A stretch of 64,000 bases of DNA from Ascoidea asiatica JCM 7603. Its lineage: Eukaryota > Fungi > Ascomycota. A model generated the notes under the pieces. The model was not told the origin of the DNA, did not search any database, and was given only the letters and a program-made list of their open reading frames with translations. The stretch is from assembly GCA_001600695.1 (NCBI GenBank), contig BCKQ01000001.1, positions 414,279 to 478,278 on the forward strand. Direction: 5' to 3'. Shown here piece by piece: positions 1-14,000 of the stretch. Numbering within the stretch: position 1 is the stretch's first letter; every line of letters starts with the position of its first letter. Made by a program: the position numbers and the translations under genes.

Positions 1-1237
<1,237 letters not shown>

Positions 1238-2243
1238 TTTGTAAAGTTATAAATATGATATATATATATAATATAGAATAAAAAATCAAATGAATTGAAT
1301 TTAACTGAATGAGATTTAATTAATTGAGATAACTAAGTTAATTGAATTGAATTTAATTAATTAAAATAATTATTGATAATTTTTTTTCAATTAAAATAAA
1401 AAGATTATTTATATTGATTATATGGTTATTTGATTATTATTATTATTAATAAATATAAAGAAAAGAGTAGATTAAATAATCTTAGATTTAGTAGTGCTGG
1501 AAAAGTTTTCTTCTTTTATAAAGCGAAAAGAACACGATAATCGAAAAAAAGGGGCGTGAGAAGAACCGGTGTTGAATTTATGTCCAGGCGCAGTTCAACT
1601 TCCGGGACCCACTATTAATCAGTAGTTTTAATTGTTGTAGTACTTAAGTACTACTTAAGTACCGGTGGCTAGCACCAGAAACAGTGTCTACAGTGTCTGG
1701 TGGCATATTCCACGAAGGAGCCTTGAAGCTGTCTGGGAAGGTGTCTGAGAACTGCACTGCAACCACACGACTTCCGGGTTTCATATTGCCCCATCTGCTC
1801 ACTTCCGGTCTCTCAGCGCTGGCATTCTCGTCGCTTTTCGCTTTTCGCTTTTCGCTTTTTGTTTTTTGTTTTCTTTCTTTCTTTGCACAAAAAACAAATG
1901 AAATATCAAATGAAATATCAAATGAAATATTAATCTCATCGTTAACTATGGAATGGTAATTCTACTATGGTAATTCTACTATGTTAATAATACTATGGTA
2001 ATAATATTATGTTCTCAATTCAGTCTTAATTCAGTTTATGTTCATTTTCACAAGATTTTAAACTGACATTTATTGAGAATGTTGTTGAACGTGAATATTT
2101 ATGATGATTCAGGGACTCACTCAACTCAAGATTATTTCATATTCATATTCATTTTCATATTATCTGATTGATTTGATACTCTTCTAAATATCTAAGTATA
2201 CAATATATACAATATACAATATATATTCATATATAATTGAAAT

Positions 2244-2858
2244 TCATCGAACTTTTTGAAATTTACCTTTACCTTTTTCTCTTCTTGCTTCCATCTTTTG
2301 TTGCCTTTTAGATTTTTCATTACCATTATTACCAACTTCATTTTCATTTTCATTTTCATTTCCAGTAGAATTAGAATTAAAATTATTATTTGATTTACCA
2401 CCAATTCCAAACATCTTTCTACCTGCATTAATAACATTAAAAATTTTATAAATTGAATATATTGGAATAATTAAAAATCCATAAATTAAAAATTTTAATT
2501 TAAATATAATTATAAATAAATTTAAAATATTTGTTAAATAAATTATATCAACTAAATATTCAATTAATCCACCACCACCATTACCATTACCATTACCATT
2601 ACCATTAGAATTTAAATCTTCACCAATTTTAATTAATTTATTTTCTTTATATTTTGGTCTACAAAATTTTTCAATTAAAATTTCTGAAATAATTTCTGGT
2701 ATTAAACATATTAAAAATTTAATTTTATTAATTTTTGGTCTATTTAAATAAAAAATTGAAATTAAACTTAAGATTATTGTAATTAATGAAAATAAATGAA
2801 TTTCTTTTAATTTTTTAATATTATTTATTGCAATTCTTTTACCTGATTTACCTGCCAT
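2244..2858 (-). CDS. SND2: SRP-independent targeting protein Snd2/Env10 (TMEM208/DUF788 family)
   Basis: N-terminal MAGKSGKRIA, hydrophobic segments, GEDL...GLIEYLVDIIY motif and C-terminal KSKRQQKMEAR typical of the TMEM208 family; close to SPC3 as in S. cerevisiae. Confidence 0.85.
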   Translation of the reverse strand: MAGKSGKRIAINNIKKLKEIHLFSLITIILSLISIFYLNRPKINKIKFLICLIPEIISEILIEKFCRPKYKENKLIKIGEDLNSNGNGNGNGNGGGGLIEYLVDIIYLTNILNLFIIIFKLKFLIYGFLIIPIYSIYKIFNVINAGRKMFGIGGKSNNNFNSNSTGNENENENEVGNNGNEKSKRQQKMEARREKGKGKFQKVR

Positions 2859-3195
2859 TATTAATATATATTAATATATTCACTCTCTATATCTTTTAAT
2901 ATATCTATTAATATATTAATTGTTGATATCATAACTATTTATTCATTATCCGATATTTGATATTTGATATTTAAATTTAAAAGATAAGAGATCATGTGAC
3001 TTGTATATATTAATTATTTTTGTATTACACGTATGCTAGATCAAAGTAATTATAATAATAATACAATACAATACAATTTGTAGTAGATAAATTGTGTATT
3101 ATAATAATAGACATAATAAGTAATTAAATAAATAGATAGATAAATAGATAAATAGATAAATAAATAAGTAAGTAGATAAATAAGTAGATAAATAA

Positions 3196-3810
3196 TTAAC
3201 AACAACCATTATTTTGATTAGTATTAAGAGATTGACCAGGATTAATAGTTCTTGAATCTTTTTCATTTGATTGATTTTGATTATTATTTGACATTTGAGC
3301 TTTAATTTGTCTTGCCATTGTAAAAAAAGCTTGTTCAACATTTGTTGAAGATCTTGCAGAAGTTTCTAAAAATGGAATATCTAAAGCATCTGCATATTCT
3401 TTTGCAACATTATAATCAATAACTTTTTTATCAGTTAAATCACTTTTATTACCAACTAATAATTTCATTACACCACCAGTTGCATAACGATCAATTTCTT
3501 GTAACCATTGTTTAACATTATTAAAACTTTCTTGATCTGTAACATCATAGACAATAATAATACCATGAGCTCCTCTATAATATGATGATGTAATAGTTCT
3601 AAATCTTTCTTGACCTGCTGTATCCCAAATTTGTAATTTAACAGTTTTACCATCTAATTCAATTGTTCTAATTTTAAAATCAACTCCAATTGTTGAAATA
3701 TAATCATTTGTATAAGTATCATCTGCAAAACGTAATAATAAACATGATTTACCAACACCAGAATCACCAATAAGTAATAATTTAAATAAATAATCGTATT
3801 CACTATTCAT
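3196..3810 (-). CDS. YPT1: Rab1-family GTPase Ypt1
   Basis: [49 protein letters not shown] and C-terminal GCC prenylation site. Confidence 0.98.
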   Translation of the reverse strand: MNSEYDYLFKLLLIGDSGVGKSCLLLRFADDTYTNDYISTIGVDFKIRTIELDGKTVKLQIWDTAGQERFRTITSSYYRGAHGIIIVYDVTDQESFNNVKQWLQEIDRYATGGVMKLLVGNKSDLTDKKVIDYNVAKEYADALDIPFLETSARSSTNVEQAFFTMARQIKAQMSNNNQNQSNEKDSRTINPGQSLNTNQNNGCC

Positions 3811-4758
3811 TTTTTATATATTTAATATTTAATATTTAATATTTAATATTTAATATTTGATTATAATTGATAAGTTTGACTGAATAAAATAAGATATAAC
3901 CTAGTTAATATATATGGAAATAATGATAGATAATGATAGATAATGATAATGATAATGATAAAGATAACAATATATTAATCAATACTTAATAATAAATAAA
4001 TAATAAATAATAAATAGATAATAAATCGAATAAATAGATCAAATGAATCAATATATTGAATATATTAAATTTTAAAGGAAATAAATGAATTAAAGGAATC
4101 TAATAAAGTATGATTATTTGATTGATATTCGATAAGTAAAAAGTAATAAAGTAATAAAGTAGTAAAGTAGTAAGTAAGCAAGAAGTAATAACGTTAATAG
4201 ATAGATAATTGACTGATATGATATTAGAGTATTCTTATTACTGGCGGTGTTGATTGTAACTGTGCTTAGTCAAAAGCTGAAACAGAACCAGAACCAGAAC
4301 CAGAGCCAAGGAAGCAAACAGCCCCAGGCCCCGACGCCAGATCAACGTCACCGCTTTTTGTCCTTCTTCTCTTTCTTCTCTTTGCCACACTCTTTTCATC
4401 CAATCACAGCACAGTCACGTGCAATTCCTATTTATCCGTTTCAGGAAGTATTAAAACCGTGCTTGTATCCGTAAGCGCAGCAGACCTCATTTTAAGGGTT
4501 ACAGTCAAGTAAACCCCTTCGAGTCATGTGATATAGATGTGTTTTCTTTTCAATTTTACCTCATCTAAACAATCAATAATCAATAATCAATAATCAATAA
4601 TCAATATTGGATATATTGGATATATTGAATATATTGAATTAAAGAATATGAAACTTCTGGTGATTTTGATGACAATTGTATTTATTTCAGAATCAATTCC
4701 AATTCAATTCAATCAATTCCAATTCAATTCATAGAATTAGTCAATTTGCAATCTTAAA

Positions 4759-5325
4759 ATGTTTTCAATTTCAAAAAGATTTCAAACTTTCACAAGTGCA
4801 GTAACAACATTTTCAATAATAATTTCATTATTAATAATATTTTCATCATATCTTCAATTATATTATTCAAATGCTTTTAATAATAATTTAAATAATAATT
4901 TTAATATAAATTTAAATAGTTTAAAACAATCAAAACAATTCAAATATTCTAAATTTTATGGATCTTTAAATCATAAACAAAAAGAAAATTCAAAATTAAA
5001 TTCATTTAATTTAAATTATAATTTTAAAAATTTATTTAATTTTAATACAAAACAAATTTTTATTTATTTAACTATTGAATATAATGGTAAAAATAATAAT
5101 TTAAATTATAATAATAAATTAACTTATTGGGATAATATAATTTTAAATAAATTTGATTCTATTCAAAATTTTACAAATATTAAATCAAAATATAATGTTT
5201 GGGATATTGAAAATTCTTTTTATAATAGAAATGCAACTATTTATTTAAATTGGAATATTCAACCTCATATAGGTCCTTTAATTTATGGTAAATCAAATCC
5301 ATTACTTACTTTAAACTTCATTTAA
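4759..5325 (+). CDS. SPC3: Signal peptidase complex subunit Spc3 (SPC22/23)
   Basis: N-terminal TM, LFNFNTKQIFIYLT.EY, YWDNII, KSKYNVWD and WNIQPHIG motifs. Confidence 0.92.
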   Translation: MFSISKRFQTFTSAVTTFSIIISLLIIFSSYLQLYYSNAFNNNLNNNFNINLNSLKQSKQFKYSKFYGSLNHKQKENSKLNSFNLNYNFKNLFNFNTKQIFIYLTIEYNGKNNNLNYNNKLTYWDNIILNKFDSIQNFTNIKSKYNVWDIENSFYNRNATIYLNWNIQPHIGPLIYGKSNPLLTLNFI

Positions 5326-5660
5326 TTATTTTAATACATATATTTTACCTTCATTATAAATTATTCACAATCTTTTACATCAATATGTAATAACTTACAT
5401 ATCAATTACAATCTTCAATAATAGTTAAATAAGAAAGTTCAAACTAATAATGCGCACATCGAAATCAAAAAAAAAAACTTCAATAACTACAAAAATAATT
5501 CTTTTTTTTTAAAATAAAGTCATAAACTAAACATTAATTGAGTATCTAAATAATGAGAAAAAGAAAGAAATTAAAATTATATATAATTCAAATAATAATA
5601 TAATATACATAAAATCATTATATATAAAATTTTAAATGAAATTTTTTTAAAAGTTTAAAT

Positions 5661-6977
5661 TTAAATAGCAACAGATTTATGAAAATCTCTACCTGCATAA
5701 ACTGCTTTATCACCTAAAGCTTCTTCAATTCTTTTAATTTGATTTAATTTTGCTAATCTTTCTGATCTTGCTGGTGCTCCAGTTTTAATTTGTCCTGCTC
5801 TTATACCAACTGATAAATCTGCAATAAAAGTATCTTCAGTTTCACCAGATCTATGAGAAACCATTACACCCCAACCTGCAGCATATGAATCTTTTGCAGC
5901 TTGAATTGATTCTGATAATGTACCAATTTGATTAACTTTTAATAATAATGCATTTGCTGCTTTTTTTTCAATTGCAGTTTGAATTCTTTTTGGATTTGTT
6001 ACTGTTAAATCATCACCAACAATTTGTATTTTAACTTTATTAAAAAAATGTGACCATGCTTCCCAATCATCTTCTGCAAATGGATCTTCAATTGAAACAA
6101 TTGGATATTCTTCCATTAAATCTGCATATAATTGTGCTAATTCTTCACCACTTAACCATTTTTCTGGATCTGATTCTGGATTTTTATAATCTAAATCATA
6201 TTTATCATCATGATAAAATTCTGAACTTGCAACATCTAATGCAATTCCAACTTTTCCAGTATATCCAGCTAAATCAATTGCTTTAACAATTAAATCTAAT
6301 GCTTCTTTTGGAGTTTGTAAATTTGGTGCAATACCACCTTCATCACCAACATTTCCTGCACTTTGTCCATATTCTTTTTTAGCTAATGATTTTAATGTAT
6401 GATAAACTTCAGATCCAACTCTTAAAGCTTCTGAAAATGTTGGAACATCTAAAGCTGCAATCATAAATTCTTGAAATGCTAATTTTCCACCTGCATGAGA
6501 ACCACCATTAAGTACATTCATAAATGGTACTGGTAAAACATATGGTTCTGGAGATCCAGCTAAATCATGTAAATGTTCATATAATGGAACATTTTTTTCT
6601 GCTGCTGCTGCTTTTGCACAAGCTAATGAAACACCTAATATAGCATTTGCACCTAATTTTGATTTATTTGGTGTACCATCTAAAGAATTTAAGAAAATAT
6701 CAAAAGCTAATTGATTTTTAACATCTAAAATACCTTTATTTGCAACAACTGCTGGTGCAATAATATCATTAACATTTGCAACAGCTTTTAAAACACCTTT
6801 ACCTAACCATTTTGATTTATCACCATCTCTTAATTCTAAAGCTTCATGAATACCAGTTGAGGCACCAGATGGAACAATTGATCTAAATACACCTAATTCT
6901 GTAGTTAATTCAACTTCAACAGTTGGATTTCCTCTTGAATCATAAACGTAACGAGCAAATACTTTTGAAATAGCCAT
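5661..6977 (-). CDS. ENO: Enolase (possibly a secondary paralog)
   Basis: [53 protein letters not shown] and [10 protein letters not shown] are all present. Confidence 0.97.
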   Translation of the reverse strand: MAISKVFARYVYDSRGNPTVEVELTTELGVFRSIVPSGASTGIHEALELRDGDKSKWLGKGVLKAVANVNDIIAPAVVANKGILDVKNQLAFDIFLNSLDGTPNKSKLGANAILGVSLACAKAAAAEKNVPLYEHLHDLAGSPEPYVLPVPFMNVLNGGSHAGGKLAFQEFMIAALDVPTFSEALRVGSEVYHTLKSLAKKEYGQSAGNVGDEGGIAPNLQTPKEALDLIVKAIDLAGYTGKVGIALDVASSEFYHDDKYDLDYKNPESDPEKWLSGEELAQLYADLMEEYPIVSIEDPFAEDDWEAWSHFFNKVKIQIVGDDLTVTNPKRIQTAIEKKAANALLLKVNQIGTLSESIQAAKDSYAAGWGVMVSHRSGETEDTFIADLSVGIRAGQIKTGAPARSERLAKLNQIKRIEEALGDKAVYAGRDFHKSVAI

Positions 6978-7809
6978 TGTTTAAATTGAAAATATAGTTG
7001 AATTTAATAAATAAATAAATATGATTGATTGATTGATTGATTGATTGATTAAATTAGTTAATAAATAAATTTATTGAACTAAAATCTTTAAATGATAAAA
7101 TTAATATTAATATAATGATAAAAAAATAATAATAGTGATAATAATAACAAAGAGAGAGAAAAAAAAAAGATTAATTTAAATTTGAAATAAAAAGAAGATT
7201 TGTAGATTATTTATACTTCCAAATATGAAAATTAATTAAAGAACTTTAACAGCATTAAAGCAATATTATAAAATAAATAAAAAAAACATCATAGCATGTT
7301 TAGATTGTTCTATGGAAATAATTGAATAATTAGCAGTTAACACATTTAACATAGTTAAAACAGTGAAAACAGTGAAAACAGTTAACAGGCGAAATTTATG
7401 AAAATTGCATAGTTTTTGAAATTGACATCTTCTGATGGCGTTATGCAGTAGCTTGAGACGTCAAACTTTGTCATTTTCAACGCTGGAGATAACCATCTGA
7501 TTATCAGAATTGAAAAAATGGATGCAATTGAAATAGATGATATCAAGATAATTTAATATATTTGAAAATTGAATAAATTTTAGTAAATCTAGTAAACATA
7601 TTTAAATTCTTTTCATCTGTCAAAATGCTTTAAATTCAGAAGGGTTTTCAATTTCAACGCTGCGATTTCTTTGGGTTTTTTCGTTTTTTTGCCTTTTCTC
7701 TTAACGCTGAGATCCGAGACTGAACAGGAAAAATTTGGCGGAGAACCGAATACGTTCTTTGGAGATAATTTGGAGATGAGATACTAGCAGTAAATGAGGG
7801 TATATATTG

Positions 7810-7841
<32 letters not shown>

Positions 7842-7919
7842 TTATATATGTCAAGAAAGAATTGAGAAAGAAAGCATTCAATAAGAAAAAAGGGTATTTT
7901 ATGATATTGCAAGTTGAAG

Positions 7920-9476
7920 ATGTCTGACAGAAAAGTTGCAAACATGGGATTTAATGACATTTGTAATACTTCAATGTCCCAATTTCAAATTGATGAATCT
8001 CAAGTTGAAAAGAATCAATTTAAACACATAAATAGTAAAAATAATGATCAAAAAGAAATAGATTATGGAATGGGTGAAGAAGATGAGACTGATTTACTTG
8101 TTAATCGATTAGATAAAGGTATTGAATTTCCTGAAGGAGGTTTAAAAGCTTGGTTAGTAGTATTTGGTTCCTTCTTAGGTTTATTTGTATCCTTTGGTTT
8201 ATTTAATTCTTCTGGTACAATTCAATCTTATTTACAATATCATCAATTGATTGAATTAAAACCTTCTGAAGTTTCATGGATTTTTTCAATTTATGCTTAT
8301 ATGATGTTTGGCTTAAGTTTAATTAGTGGTATAATTTTTGATAATTATGGTACAACAATACCTTTAATTATTGGTAATATTTGTTTATCATCTTCTTATT
8401 TTATCTTAGGTCAATGTAAATCATATTATCAATTTATTTTATGTTTTGGTTTACTTAATGGTATTGGTGCAAGTTTTTGTTTTAATACAAGTATTGGTGT
8501 TATAAGTCATTGGTTTTCAAAAAAAAGATCTTTAGCTATTTGTATAGCTTCAACAGGTGGTAGTGTTGGAGGTGTGGTATTTCCATTGATTTTAAGAAAC
8601 TTATTTCCAAAAATTGGGTTTGCATGGTCAATGAGAATAATTGCTTTTCTTATTTTTGTTTGCACTTCAATAGAAATTCTTTTAATCAAAGAAAGAAAAT
8701 TATATTCAAATTCAAATTCAAATTCGAATGAAAATGTAAATGGTAATGAACATCAAATTGTAAATGGTGATGAAAATTCAACTGTTAGAAATCAAATTAG
8801 TAAATTTTTTAAAAAAAATTCATTAAAGTCAATACTTAATTCTACATTTAAATTTATTAGAAATAGTTTTGAAATTTCATATTTTAAAGATAAATCTTAT
8901 TTATCTTTTGTTCTTGGAATTTTTTTTCTTGAATTATATATTTATATTGTTTTTGGTTATCTTTCTTCATATGCAATTGTTAAAGGCTATTCAGATTCTC
9001 AAAGTTTTTTATTAGTAACTGTTTTAAATGCTGGTGGTATTCCAGGTAGAATTATACCAGGTTATTTAGCTGATAAATATGGTAGATTTAATATTCAAAC
9101 TTTAGGTTGTTTACTTTCTTGTTCAATAATTTGTATAATTTGGATTCCATTCGGTTCAAATTTAATTGCTTTATATTGTTTTAGTGGTTTTTGGGGTTTT
9201 TTCTCTGCAGGAATTTTAAGTTTACCTCCTTCATGTTGTGGTCAATTAAGTAAAACTGAAGAGTTTGGTAAAAGATATGGAACTGCATATTTTATTGCAA
9301 GTCTTGGTAGTTTAATTGGTTTACCAATTGGTGGTGCAATTATTGGTAATTCAACAAATTCAAAAGGTTATGATAATGCTGTAATTTTTGCAGCTTGTAT
9401 AAGTGGTTTATGTACAATATGTTTTGCTTCAGCAAGAGTTTTCCTAGGAGGTTGGAAATTATCAACAAAAGTTTAA
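7920..9476 (+). CDS. MFS monocarboxylate-porter family permease (Mch4/Mch5-like)
   Basis: FPEGGLKAWLVVFGSF, HWFSKKRSLA...GGSVGGVVFP and GRIIPGYLADKYGRFN motifs; about 12 TM. First ATG is 7920 (track start 7914 is TTG). Confidence 0.9.
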   Translation: MSDRKVANMGFNDICNTSMSQFQIDESQVEKNQFKHINSKNNDQKEIDYGMGEEDETDLLVNRLDKGIEFPEGGLKAWLVVFGSFLGLFVSFGLFNSSGTIQSYLQYHQLIELKPSEVSWIFSIYAYMMFGLSLISGIIFDNYGTTIPLIIGNICLSSSYFILGQCKSYYQFILCFGLLNGIGASFCFNTSIGVISHWFSKKRSLAICIASTGGSVGGVVFPLILRNLFPKIGFAWSMRIIAFLIFVCTSIEILLIKERKLYSNSNSNSNENVNGNEHQIVNGDENSTVRNQISKFFKKNSLKSILNSTFKFIRNSFEISYFKDKSYLSFVLGIFFLELYIYIVFGYLSSYAIVKGYSDSQSFLLVTVLNAGGIPGRIIPGYLADKYGRFNIQTLGCLLSCSIICIIWIPFGSNLIALYCFSGFWGFFSAGILSLPPSCCGQLSKTEEFGKRYGTAYFIASLGSLIGLPIGGAIIGNSTNSKGYDNAVIFAACISGLCTICFASARVFLGGWKLSTKV

Positions 9477-10001
9477 CTCTAGAAATTCATTTTATTTCTC
9501 TTGATTAATATTCCATAGATTATCTAATACATTTGTAAATAACTTTTTACTAAATTATAAAATTATCAAATTATAAAATTATTAATCGAAAAGTAATAAA
9601 ATACAATTAAAAATCATTTTTCAGGATTAGCCGTTTTGAGTAATTCCCGATAAAGCAAAATATAATATTCCCATGTGACTTGATTTAAAAAGCCGGAACT
9701 CTGTTATCGGGATTGTAGCAGTCTTATCTCCCAGTTATATTTTGTTTTAGACATCAACCATCGAAAAATAGATGATTTAATCTCAAAAAAGAAATAGGAA
9801 AAGGGTTATCTACTACAGCCTTGATAAAGAAAGTAACAAATTATTCATTTTTAAATCCCTTAACATCAAACTTTCAAATTAGATATCATTTTAATATTAG
9901 CAGAATCATATTATTCACACAGGGATCAAAAAAAGCTGTTTCTATAACTTCATCTCAAGTTAAATAATCATATAATAAATAAAAAAATAAAATAATTAAT
10001 A

Positions 10002-10610
10002 ATGTCAGGATTAGAAAATTCATTATTTAACCTAAAATTCACCGCCAAACAACTAAATAGACAAGCTCAACGATGTACAAAAGAAGAAACTAAAGAAAAA
10101 TCAAAAGTTAAAAAGGCTATGTTACAAGGTAATAATGATATTGCACAATTATATGCTCAAAATGCTATAAGAAAAAGTAATGAAAAATTAAATTTATTAA
10201 AATTAGCTTCAAGAATTGATGCTGTTGCCAGTAGAGTTCAAACTGCTGTAACTATGAGACAAGTAACTGGAAATATGACAAATGTAATAAAAGGTATGGA
10301 TAGAGCTTTACAATCAATGAATTTAGAAAGAATTTCTGTAGTTATGGATAAATTTGAAAATCAATTTGAAGAATTAGATTCTACAGCAAATTATTATGAT
10401 GATGTTACAAATAATGTTAGTATAACTGCAACTCCTCAAGATGATGTAGATCTTTTAATGAATCAAATTGCTGATGAAGCTGGTCTTGAATTAAAACATA
10501 ATTTAGATTCAACTAAAGTTAATCCTTCTTCAATTAAAGAAAATATAACAAAAATTGATGAAGATAAAGAAGATAAATTGGCTGAAAGGTTAAGGGCATT
10601 AAGGTCTTAG
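10002..10610 (+). CDS. DID2: ESCRT-III accessory subunit Did2/CHMP1
   Basis: LENSLFNLKFTAKQL, YAQNAIRK, RIDAVASRVQTAVTMRQVT and C-terminal MIM EDKLAERLRALRS. Confidence 0.96.
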   Translation: MSGLENSLFNLKFTAKQLNRQAQRCTKEETKEKSKVKKAMLQGNNDIAQLYAQNAIRKSNEKLNLLKLASRIDAVASRVQTAVTMRQVTGNMTNVIKGMDRALQSMNLERISVVMDKFENQFEELDSTANYYDDVTNNVSITATPQDDVDLLMNQIADEAGLELKHNLDSTKVNPSSIKENITKIDEDKEDKLAERLRALRS

Positions 10611-11066
10611 TCATATCATTATATAATATATAATATAAACAGATAAAAACTCTCAAATATCAAATATATACACATATTTTTTTTTCTTTAAATTTTTATC
10701 TCCAAAAAATAATAATAATGAAAAAGATTATATATTAAAAAAACTATAAAATTTAACAAATAACATTTTAAAGCAAATTAATCAAACAAAAAGAAAGCAA
10801 CTTAAACCCAAATTTGAAACCAAAAAATAAAAAAAAAACTAAATTAAGATGTTTGCAAATGTTCAAAATTTATTTACCAAAATTTGAATAAAGACTTGAA
10901 AAAATTTGAATTATAAAAACAATTGAAAAAAATTAAACAAAAATAAAAAATCAAAAAACTAATATATGAACAATTAAAAATTGATAATTAAAACGATTAA
11001 TAGAATAATGCTTACTTTATCTGAACTAAAAGTAGAAAATCTGCAAAGCAATAATCATCATAAAAA

Positions 11067-14000
11067 CTAATCATAAATTTCTAGAGGAGGTAATCTATCT
11101 GTAGTTGTAAACCAATTATTATTATCTAATTCAGTACTTAACCACTCAGTTGGGAAAAGAACTAAATGACCTTGAACATTAGATAAAATTCTTTCTGCAG
11201 TTTCTCTATCAAATATTCTTTCACCATGGAATGTTTCTATAAGTTTAGAACCCAAAGTTCCTGCTCTTCTCCTTCTTCTTCTATTTCTTCTACTAGATCC
11301 AGTATTATCAATAGAGTTATTAAATGGTGATCCATTGATATCATCTGAATAACGAATACTAGAAGTTTTATTACTCAAAGGTTTACCATTTCGAGTAAGA
11401 ATAGGAATTTCAGGAGAAGATTCTGCTAATGTTTTTTGTTCTGCCTTATCAGGAGTACTCGTAGAAATGGAGAATTTTCTATTTTGCTCACTTTTAGCAA
11501 AATCATCATCTCCATCATAACCATAATCATAATCATTCACCATTGTTACTGGTGTTCCTTTGCTACTACGCTTATAAGTTACTCCACTATCTCTTCTAGT
11601 TGCATTATCATCATCTTCATTTTCTTCTTTCAAAGCCTTTGCTTCACCAACGTTTATAGTTAAATCTGTTCTCTTTTTTCCCAATAAGCTATTTCTTCCT
11701 CTTTTTTTCTTTGGAGTATTTTCAACTAATGATGGATCAGGAGGGGGTAAACCAATAAGTGTATCTGGTCTTTTAAGATCATTAATGTTAATAATCGTAC
11801 TATTTCTAATAGTAGCAAGTGTTTTTTGCCTATCCAATTTTGGTGGTTTTTCTGGCATTTCATTATTTTCAGTATTAGCGGTTCTATTTACATCAACATT
11901 TCCATTTATATCAACATTTCCTTCATCGGTTTCTTCTTCTAATGATTCTTTATTTAATTCTTTACGGATCTCTTCTTCTTTATCTTGTGCTAATGAAAAA
12001 ACTGCACTCAATTCAGAAAATTTCTTATAATCAGCCCATGTAAGAACTTCGTCATCAGGCTGACAATGAAATACCATTCTAAATAGTATAGTATTTCTCA
12101 AGGCATATTCTCTCCAAAGATCATCGTAGAATGATTCATCTAAAGGATCCTCAAATCCATAAGGATCAATAAATGTATTAAAACCATTGTTTTCGAGACT
12201 TTTTTCCAACAAATCTTTCACTTCAGCGTCATTTAAATGAGTAATTGGAATATTTCCACTAGATCCCAGTTCATCATTTACTCCTGCGACATTTAATGTA
12301 TCAATAATTGGAGTACTACCTGTATCAGAAGCATCAACAGAATCAGCGGGGGTGCTTATTGAGTTTGAAGGTTTTCTAAAACTTGGAGTTCTGTTTTGAT
12401 TGGCAGAAGAATTTGGATTTTCAACGTATTGAGATGAAGTTCCATTGGCTAAAGGAGATGATGTATTTTCTGAAACAATATTAACCAATTTTTTCTTTTG
12501 AACTTCTTCCTTGTCTTGGAAATTCATTTTAGCAGCAGCTCTTTGCAAATAAGATATTCTTTTCAATAATTCCCATTTTTGCTGATCTCTTTCACTTATT
12601 ATTTTTTTGTTTTCAGCAGGTAAACTATTAATATCCAAATTCGTAATATCAACATCATTTCGATCAATCAATCCATCCTCTTCCAAAAATTCAATAATTT
12701 GATCGTAGTTAGGTAAGAAGAAATCTTTTGGATTATCACTCATTGCTTTAATAGCCCATCTTTGCAATGCTGATGCAGCTGAAGTTTTTGATTTTTTGAA
12801 CAAACGTGAATGCATATTGTCGCCACCTTCACCTAAAATATCTTGTTTATGGTTTGCATTTCCTTGTACTCTAGAATCAGTAGAAAATTGTTTTTTGTCT
12901 CTTATTCCGGCATTTTCCGCACCTGCTCTGCTATTGAATGATCTGTACATTGGTAAAGACCCATTTTTGTTGTTTTCTCTTCCAAGATAAGTCCCTTTAC
13001 CTGAGTTAATGGATGATTCTAGTATTGGGGTGTTGATTCTCTTTTGAAGATTTTTCCATTTGCTTGTACCATTTGGTTGATTCAATACATCTCGAGTTGC
13101 AAGTTCTACCATAGATGATTTTATTTTCATATCTCGGTCATTGACATTTAAAGTAACTGCTTGCATTCCTTTTTCTGTTTTGGCTAAATCAGCTATTTGA
13201 TTGAACCTTCTTTCAACTAAATCAAGCACATCTACATCAATACCTAAATGTTCTCTCATCAATCTAACTCTCAAAGTATGGGCAAATTTTCCTGCCAAGA
13301 AAGGTTGTCCTCCCATTTTAATACGAACTGTATCAGTATCTCTTATAATGGCACATATTTCAGAATCCCTATTACCTCTCATGGATCTTTCATTGATATT
13401 AGCAGATCCAATAATAGCTACTCTATCATCAACAATCAAAATTTTAGCATGTATATATAATTGTTCCGAAACAATTTTTCTATAAGGTCCAATTCTTCCC
13501 CATTTTCTTAAACTATAAAAGTGAATGTAATCATCTGGATCAATTCCTACTTTTCTTAGTTTTGCAAAAATGGAAGTTTGACCTCTAGAAATAGACATAT
13601 ATTGACATTGCATTATAACTCTAATAGAAGAACCTTCAGATTCATCTACCTGAGACTCAAACCCAGGCATCAATGGTATAACAATAACTGCTTGCCAACG
13701 AGTTCCAGCATTATGTGCACGAATTATTCTATCTACCAAAGCATCTCCTATTCTATTTTTAATTATAACATTATCCCAAGCACATGCAGTTACAAAGAAT
13801 TGATTTTCCATATATACAAAGTGCTCAGAAGTTTCAATTAATTTGAGATAAGCATTTTGTATACTTTGTTCATGATCCTTTATACCTAATGACCAATTAC
13901 AGGATGATCTTAATAATTGAATTTCGTTAGTTCCTTTGAATCCTAAGTTATTGATTTCCATGGGGGTTAAGTCTGCTGGAGGTAGTAATAAGGGTGTTGG

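Noticed and set aside
1684-1959. Short ORFs over GC-rich islands (also 4247-4474, 7654-7941, 30707-31132, 35249-35557, 40107-40367, 62271-62685)
   Set aside because: They overlie promoter islands or microsatellites, use atypical codons, several start at non-ATG codons and none resembles a known family.
2101-2167. ATGATGA...CTGA spacing resembling a C/D snoRNA
   Set aside because: Interior is low-complexity, no terminal stem and no recognisable rRNA guide.
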